Positions 55,631 to 64,000 of a DNA stretch of 64,000 nucleotides are shown here, piece by piece. Source of the stretch: Eledone cirrhosa (Eukaryota); contig OZ024745.1 in the NCBI GenBank assembly GCA_964016885.1, forward strand, positions 56,606,001-56,670,000. The letters run 5' to 3'. Under the pieces are notes generated by a model. The model saw nothing but the letters and a program-made list of their open reading frames with translations, was not told where the DNA came from and made no database searches. Made by a program: the position numbers and the translations under genes. The stretch's first letter is position 1; each line of letters begins with the position of its first letter.

Positions 55631-56234
55631 TCTAGATATAATAAAATATAGTTAATTAATTAATTATCGCTGTGACGTTTGTATTTTAGATAATGTGTTG
55701 CCTCAATTATTTGAAGTTCTATAATATTAAAATATTTAGCTAATTATATTTTAGTCAGATTGGATTTTACTATGCTCGCATGTTGACACACAGTATTGTT
55801 TTTTAAATACTTCATGATACTCAAGCAGACAAAAGAATACAGAATATGTTCTTGACAGCAAATATCTCGTTATGTTATGAATATTTTTTTAGGATACACA
55901 TTTGATGGATTGAAAATATTAAAATAAAATAGTGTAGCATCCAATTAGTGTTTAAGAATTTCAAAAAAGCTTTTGAATTATTTTCTTTTCATAAGAAAAG
56001 CGGAAATCGAAGTTAAATAAGATTCTGTGTATTCAATAGTTATACAATTTAATAGAAAACATATTATACTCCTCTGTATGTATTTAGAATTATTTTAATT
56101 ATAAACATATATTAAAATAAAATCAAAATAACATGCGACCACACTTATTTCAATCCACATTTATATATAAGACTAAGTTTGGTAAACAGAGTTTGGCCGA
56201 ACGCAAACACATACATACCCACAAAATACGCATA

Positions 56235-56253
56235 CTTACACTCCTCCTCCTCA

Positions 56254-56284
<31 letters not shown>

Positions 56285-56582
56285 CTTCTTCTTCTTCTTC
56301 TTCTTCTTCTTCTTCTTCTTCTTCTTCTTCTTCTTCTTTTTTCTTCTTCTTCTTCTTCTTCTTCTTCTTCTTCTTCTTCTTCTTCTTCTTCTTCTTCTTC
56401 TTCTTCTTCTTCTTCTTCTTCTTCTTCTTCTTCTTCTTCTTCTTTTTTCTTCTTCTTCTTCTTCTTCTTCTTCTTCTTCTTCTTCTTCTTCTTCTTCTTC
56501 TTTTTTCTTCTTCTTCTTCTTCTTCTTCTTCTTCTTCTTCTTCTTCTTCTTCTTCTTCTTCTTCTTCTTCTTCTTCTTCTTC
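56235..56582. repeat. Long (TTC)n microsatellite, about 350 bp
   Basis: Read directly. A few TTTTT interruptions. Confidence 0.95.
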
Positions 56583-56883
56583 ACGAGAACATAGTGAGTT
56601 TCGCCTTTACACCTACCTCCCTTTTTCTTATTATTGCTCCAGCTCCTGCAATTCTTGAATTTAATTCAACCTACTGCCTGCCTCCCGAGAATTACAAGTA
56701 CGACCCAGACGTACTTGTAATTCTCTACCTGGCTCAGTGGAACATCATTCACATGTAGACTGCACTGCGCAGGCTCCCTTGACAAGTGTTTAAATTTTCA
56801 CAGCATTGATTTCCATTCCACCCATGTAGCACTCGGCATCAAACTTATCAAATGCAACTGGATATTACCTTCTGTCGCATCAA

Positions 56884-57365
56884 ATAATTGTTTCTATTTT
56901 GGGCACAAGGCCCGCAATTGCCCCAGTGAATTACTGCTGCTTTATTTCATCATCCCCGCAAGGATGAAAGGCAAAATTGACTTCGGCGGGATTTGAACTC
57001 AGATCATATAGAGCTGTAACTCTATACTGCAAAGCATGGGGTCCGACCCTCTACCGATACTGCCAATCCACCGAGTCAAATAATACCATGGCGGCTGCAA
57101 ATTCCAGCCGACTCATATTGCACCCGCCAGTCATGATATCACTTCCAACACGGCTGCGCATGTTAATCCTGTTCAAGAAATAATTGTTTCTACTTTTGGC
57201 ACAAGGCCAGCAATTACCCAGTACATTACTGCTACTTTATTTTATCGACCCCGTAAGGATGAAAGGCAAAGATTACCTCGCAGAGGTTGAACTCAGAACG
57301 TTAAGGGACGTAACTATTTCTAGAAAGCATAGCGTCCGACCCTCAACCGATACTGCCAATCCTCC
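56884..57365 (-). mobile_element. Two SINE family A copies
   Basis: Copies at 56884-57073 and 57180-57365. The second is flanked by the TSD TGTTCAAGAAATAAT. Confidence 0.85.
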
Positions 57366-57904
57366 GTGTTCAAGAAATAATGATTAGATACTCCATTGTA
57401 CAGCCATATCAGCATTAATGTTCATACTACGCCTTTTCTGTTGAGTCCGACTCCCACATTGTATGGTTTCGATTTAGTCCCATTTGTCCGAATCCATAAA
57501 AGAGAATATTTAATTTAAAATTTACTGATTAAATAACAGATGTTATGAAGATGGTTGGTGCCACGAATTTTGCCCCGACCTTCGTAATATTCTGTCAAAA
57601 ATTTGAAGTTAGACGAATTCCTGGTTGTATTAGAGTTACCCAAATCTCTACATTGCTGAACATGAGTTGGGACTGAATAAAACGTCTATTTTATCAAATT
57701 ACTGGACATCCGATTTATAATCGTCGTTGCAAATTCAGAAATAGCTGGATATTTCATATTTTTATGAAATGTGGAAATTTCGTACCACTTGACCATTTCA
57801 TAGCATGCTATGTCCCTGTTAGTAAGCGTGCATTAATATAAAACAACTACAGGACCACTAGAGATGTGCCATTTATAACTCCATATCTGCGAATCACTTT
57901 TCAA

Positions 57905-58093
57905 TGGATTGGCAGTATCGGTAGAGGGTCTGACGCCATGCTTTGCAGCAAAGAGTTACGGGCCTTTATGGTCTGAGTTCAAATCCCGCCGAGGTTAACT
58001 TTGCCTTTCATCCTTACGGGGTCGATGAAATAAAGTACCAGTAATGCACTGGGGTAATTGCTGGCCTTTTGCCAAAAGTAGAAATAATTATTA
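57905..58093 (+). mobile_element. Full-length SINE family A
   Basis: TGGATTGGCAGTATCGGTAGAG head, B-box GAGTTCAAATCCC, tail GAAATAATTATTAT. Confidence 0.88.
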
Positions 58094-59764
58094 TAGAACC
58101 TCTCGTTAGTACCAATTCATGTAGAATCATCCCCGATAGTGTGTGTTAGAGTAACAATTCCATTCGGAAATTAATTGCTATTTCCTCATCATTATTGTGG
58201 TATACGTTTACACGATTGTTGGTCATCTGTACATATTTTGTTGTAAGGATGATCATCGTTTACTAGTCTTTACTAGCGGCATCGAATATTTCATATATAT
58301 TTCTCAATTCATTCTCCATTGTACAGCCATATCAGAATTAATTATCATACTATTACCATCAATCGTCACAACATGTTGTAAAGTTGAATTTCCAATTCTA
58401 AGAAGCCATGTAAACATTCATCTTCTCTCGCTGCTCTCATAATGACAGAAAGATTTCATTTTTGCACATATATCCAATGTAGCGTCTACTTGATACCCAA
58501 TTCATTTAGAAAGTTTAGCTGTTCGTATTCAATAAATAGATCAAGTCAGTATTCACATACTTAGAGTCTTATAAGATTTCAATGAATTCTTTCGAATATT
58601 TCTACATTGCCCAACACAAATACACAAACACATATGTTCAGACACACATTCACATCCATACACAGACACACAACACACACATATATTCATATATATATAT
58701 GAGGAGATAAGGAAGTTTTCACTTTATGATGGTAAATTCGTATTTGTGTGGAATGAATATGTAAGTAGTAATGAAAGAACGGCTTAATAGAAATAGTTTC
58801 TGAACTTCGTTTAGAGTTTTCCAGATGTTAAATCTACGAGTATGGTACCATGTTACAATAATTAACAGAGTAATTTAGTATAAAATATTGTATAAGGAAA
58901 AACCGGCAACGAGTGAGGAGAAATTTGAAGACAGATTTATTTAATAAAATAATCTAACACCTGATTTATTACCGATTACGTAATAATCTAAGTAAGATGT
59001 ATAAGAATTTTTTGTTCTGTTCACTCACTTGCATTATGTCCGTGTTCGGTAAATCATCAGAGATAAATGAAATAATAAATATAATGTTTTGTGACAGAAA
59101 GGTATATTAAATAAGAATATTTGTTTGAGTGGAGGTGAAAATTATTTTAATTCATGTATAGTTATTGAAGAAAAGGTTTGCGTTATTAATCATAATTACA
59201 AGTGAAAATGCAATCTAAAATGCAATAGTAGAAGCCTTGGACTTCTCTCCTATAGGCACCATACATTCAGCTGGCAGTGTTAAACTGGTTGGTCGATTAA
59301 TTCATTCTGTCATTCCACAGCTCTGTAGTGATACATTATTTTGTTGACATCTAAAAAGGGATTACAAAACTTTTCTCGATTGTATTTGACATGTCATCGA
59401 GTTTTGGAGTTTTCTATAAACCCCAACCCGGAAGAGTTTCCAATGCCGATCATACTTTTAACAAAGCTTCTAAAGAACGGGAGCTTTCTTTTCTGGCCGC
59501 CTGACTCGTTGGTCCATTTGTAAGCGCTTCAGGAGAGTCAGTTACTCGGTCAAGAAGACGAGCGACAGAAAGGAAACGTGTCTACATAGCATGCATGCTA
59601 GTATCAGATTGAATTTCTGAACAGAGGATCCTTTCCTTTCAACAAAAATGAAAGAGCATGCGACCCAATCAAGTATGACGGTCGGAGTGTAGTATACCAC
59701 TGTTGTATTAAAAGTGTTTGCCACCATCCGATCTTTGAGGAACAACTTTTTATTTGCTCATTTA

Positions 59765-59771
59765 AATAATG

Positions 59772-59805
<34 letters not shown>

Positions 59806-62800
59806 TTTCATTTATTGGCCACATGGGCCGACATATAGGGGACAATACAAAAGACGGGTCAGTGGGGTTTTACAGAAAAATCGAATAAACAATATGAATA
59901 AATAAAGTAACAATAAAGTAACAAGAACATTACAACAAGAAAACATTCCCCAATAGGGGGGATGACCACCTACGGTTCGCTCAGGTACCCCACCAATCCT
60001 GAACGACCCGACGCTTCGAGAGAACCCTGGAAGGGCACCCCTCTCCTCTTCAAATTTACCTACCTACAGCCGGATGACCAGAGTAGGCCCACTCACATGG
60101 GCTATTCTCGCCACAATCACCCACCTTTCAGCAAATTTACTGAGGGGCAGCACTTCTCTCTCCACCCTCACCTTCCTTTCCAAGTGAAACTTGAAAAAGT
60201 TGATGAGGGATTGGCCGAAGAGAAAAGTGTCTGTCTTCAGTCCTTTCAACCTCGTCCACCATACAACCTCTTTCGCTACTGCTACAAACAGAGGAAAATT
60301 GCCTGCCCTTCCTGGCCTAAAAGAAGGCGGCGGGTCGATCTTCACTATGGACTCGGCCGATAGCCGGATCCGTTCTACACGCGACAACAGCTGTTCAACA
60401 TAACTCCACAAGTCAGTAATGCACGGACACCGGAGGAGTGCGCGCAGAACGGTTTCGTCGCTCTGCGCGCATCTCGGGCAGGTCCGTCCAACAGCACTTC
60501 CGTGCATGTAGAGTTTATCCCGAACCGGCAGTGACCCCCGGTAGGACTGCCAAACGAGGGATTTTTGGAAATTATCCATCGTCCCCGGCTCGAAAGTCTT
60601 CCGGTACAGACTGGTTAGTTCGACTTCGTTGACTCCCAGAGCCTCTCCCTGTGCGTTGTCGCACTTGCCCACCACTAATTCTCTATAGAACTCGAGAGTG
60701 GAAGTTCCACTGACTGCATTGCCCGCCTGGTCGAGTGCAGTGAGTGCCTGGCAACATTCCAGATGCCAGTCACCCAGTCTCAGTCTCTTCTTGACCCAGG
60801 ACTGCAACTCAGTCAAAGAAACGAGCTGCGGAAAGGACCGTCTGACAAACGGCGACCACACCTGCTCACCGTTTAGGCAGAATATCTGGAGATGCCGCAG
60901 CCTCAGCGCGTGCCTGCGCATCATTAGCCACGGCATGCCCAGCCCTCCACGTAGAGGGTGCTGGCAGCAGATGGACCGCCTCACCAGCGGAACCTGACCC
61001 CTCCACAAGAATTTGAAGAGGAGCCGCTCCAAGATGGCGAGGCGCGAACGGGGGCAAGGGACGACAGTCAGACGGTAGATGACGGACGCGATGTACGCGT
61101 TCGCCACCTCCGCCCGACCTTTCAGTGATAGCTTCATCCCAGCCCATTTCTGGGTGAGACTGACTACCCTTCCCGTCGTCCCAATTCTTATCCACCTGGA
61201 GGTCTGGCCCGAACCAAACCCCTAGCAACTTTACCGGTCCGTCCGTCCAGCGCCTAACGACGCTGTTGGACGGCATGGACTTGCCTCTCCAGGTGCCGAG
61301 TTGCAAGCCCACTGACTTTTCCGGGTTAAGTTTTGCTCCCGTCAACCTTTCATATTCCTCCAATAAGTTGCCGACCACCTCGATTTCTGAGGTGTCCGAT
61401 ACCATCACGGTGATGTCGTCCGCATAAGCCGACACAGCCTTTCCGCGTCCTGGTTCGAGCGGGATGCCCTGCAACAGCTCCAGTTTCCGCAGTAAAGGCA
61501 CGAGAGTCAATACGTACAGAAGGGAGGAGAGAGGGCACCCTTGACGGACCGATCGGAGACCTGAAACGGTTCCGGGAGGTGGCCATTAATTTTGATCATC
61601 GAGCAGGTGACACTGTGCATTGCAGCGATCCAGCTTCTGAAGACGGGGCCGAAGCCAGCGCCTTGAGGGCAGCCTCCACGTACCGATGGTGGACCCTATG
61701 GAATGCTTTCGATTGATCTAAATTGATCAGAGCCCCAGCGAAGCCAGGTTTACACCCAACCCTCTCTATAATGTATCGCATTAGGTGGAGGTTGTCGTGT
61801 ATGGACCTGGTTGGGATTGCGCAAGTTTGCGCCTTCCCAACCAAATCCCCGACGACAAGCGCCAACCTCTTCGATAACACCCTGGCCAAAATCTTAAACT
61901 CTGTGTTGAGCAGAGTTATGTGCCTGAAATTGTCAAATGTGTCCCTCTTGTTCTCGTCTTTCCTTATCAGCGTCACTACGCCCCGGCTCACAGAACTGGA
62001 AATACTCCCGTTTTGCTGCCAGTTGCAGTAGAGGGCTTCGAAGAGATTGGAGAACAAATCTGGCATATTTACGTAAAGCTCGTAGGGCAGACCATCCAAA
62101 CCGGGTAACTTGCGCCTCATGCAGCCGAAAAGGGCATCCTGAATCTAGGCTGAAGTAATTGGCCTTTCGCAGCGCCCAGCGTCAGCCGTCGAGAGTTGCA
62201 GCAAGCCATCGAGGTAGGGACTGAAGTCCGCCACCCATATCTGACCCGCCACGTCCCCCGAACAACCGAGCAAAATGTTGGCGAAAGGCATCACACATCC
62301 TCTTGGAATCGCACAGCTCGTGCCCGTCTCGGTCCGTGAAAGACCGAATCGTGGTTTTATAACCACGCTGCGCCTCTGTCACGTGGGCCCATCGAACAGC
62401 TTTGGTTCCCTCGTTTCTCAAAGCATGCGCCTTAGCTCTGACAATGCAACCTTCGTGTTTCTCATTGAAGAAATGGTCTAATGCCATTCTCGCCGCTAGC
62501 ACATCAGTTGCAATGACACTACCAATAGCCTCGTCTAACTTATCTACCAACTCCCCCTCCTTTCTATTTTTCTCTAATGGTACTTCTTTGCTAAACTCTA
62601 TCGACATTACTCTAATCTCTCTTTTGAGAGCCCCCCACCATCTATTGTTGACGACTCCCCCTGTCAACTGTTTCTTAACTAAATTGTTGACCTGGTCCCT
62701 GTAAGCCTTACGTGCCGGAAATGACAAGTGATCTGAATAGGCGACCGTTTCAAAACGTGGACAGCTTACACTATTTCTGTCTATTTTCCTAATGAATATC

Positions 62801-64000
62801 CTGTCTATATACGATCTAGATGACCCTATGCCGTTAGCCCAGGTCAACACTGGCGCATTAGGGAAATCTAGTCGGTACCTGTCAGACAGTTGGAACTGGC
62901 TGATCAGGTTCTTGAGGCTTTTGCACCCCCTGCTCCTATCGCATACTCCCACACAGTCCCAGCGTGCGTCTAAGATGCCGTTCCAGTCTCCCGCCAACAG
63001 TAAAGGGCGAGACGTACCCAGAAAGGCTTCCAGGCATCTAAAGAAGTCCGGCCATCTTGCCACAGTAGGAGCATAGAAGGCCACCAACCAATCTAAAGGC
63101 ACCACCTTCATTATTGTTCACGTCCAGGACCACCAACTTCCCTTCCGGGTCCCGGAAGATCGACCTTACCTCGAGATCCAGGCCTTTCCTAAACAGCACT
63201 TCCACCCCGCCTCCCATTCCCAGCCGGCTAACAGATGCAGAGATCTGATAGTCGTCGAAAATGGAGGCTTGTGCGCGCGTGTCGGAAATCCTGGTCTCGC
63301 TGACTGCAATCACATCCATTTCTATAGACCTGAGGTCGTTGAGCAGGTGACCCTGCTTCCAGGACGATCCCAGGTCTCGAACATTTATGCATCCTACTCT
63401 TAATACGGCCATGTTGGCAGGTTAAACAGAGAGAGAGGAAGGTTTACTTACCTTCCGAGCTCTGGTGAAGGTCGGGTTGTACGACCTCCATAGATAGTGG
63501 GCTTTCTTTTGGGAACCCCTTTAAAAGTCTTGAAGTGGGGTTTACGTTCGGGGTTCGAACGTCCCGAAGAAAGCTGTCTAGTATTTCTTTGAATATGTCG
63601 AGCGACATTCGCACCAGAACTAAATCTTCCGGCACGCGAAATGTGCTCGATTTAAACATTTCCCCCTCCTTTTGTATATTTTCACTTCGTGCGACGAGGA
63701 CCATCAGTTCCTTGTTGGCCCTCCTGACGAGCAAGAAGTTGTGTATGTTTTGTTGGTGTGATTTTATTTGTTTGCGTGGCTGTGGTGGTGATGGTTTTGG
63801 TGGTGTTGTTTCGGTTGTATCTGTGTTTGTTGTGACTGCGGTGTCTGTGGTTTCAGATGTTTGTGTGTATATTTGTTCTTGCGTCTGTTTCGGTTGTTTG
63901 CGTTTGGGAGATTCTGGTGATGGTGATGGTGGTGTTGATGTTGGCGTTATTGGAGAGATGTTTGCGTGGGTGGTGTCTGCGTTTTTTTATTCTGGGTGCT
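59765..64000 (-). mobile_element. Tx1/L1-clade LINE, copy 3: ORF1 end, frameshifted ORF2 (APE, RT, C-terminal Cys/His), 3' UTR and tail
   Basis: MAVLRVG..SETR, LAGDWN, SYIDRIF, PGLDGLP, LDQSKAF, YADD and CPRC in the minus-strand ORFs. (AAT)n at about 59765-59803. Confidence 0.92.

Overview
AT-rich, microsatellite-dense animal genomic DNA. The SINE families and repeat landscape look like a coleoid cephalopod (Octopus-like); this is inferred, not proven. The only host gene I can support is an intronless 453-aa 5-HT7-like serotonin receptor CDS on the minus strand (46012-47373). The rest is mostly retroelement material: three Tx1/L1-clade LINE copies plus an older fragment, an R4/Dong-type element, RTE and CR1-group remnants, about 15 tRNA-derived SINE copies, and Penelope-like remnants lying in or near (TA)n tracts. 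The most notable structure the ORF track misses is a dispersed set of type I hammerhead-ribozyme folds. These include a complete one with the U3-A8 core covariation (39958-40047). Also notable are a 3' tail shared between the main SINE and the Tx1 LINE, a nested insertion hotspot in (ATT)n, a ~255-bp tandem unit carrying a tRNA-like cloverleaf with variable anticodons, and several long fold-back palindromes. Most short ORFs in the track are microsatellite or antisense artefacts.
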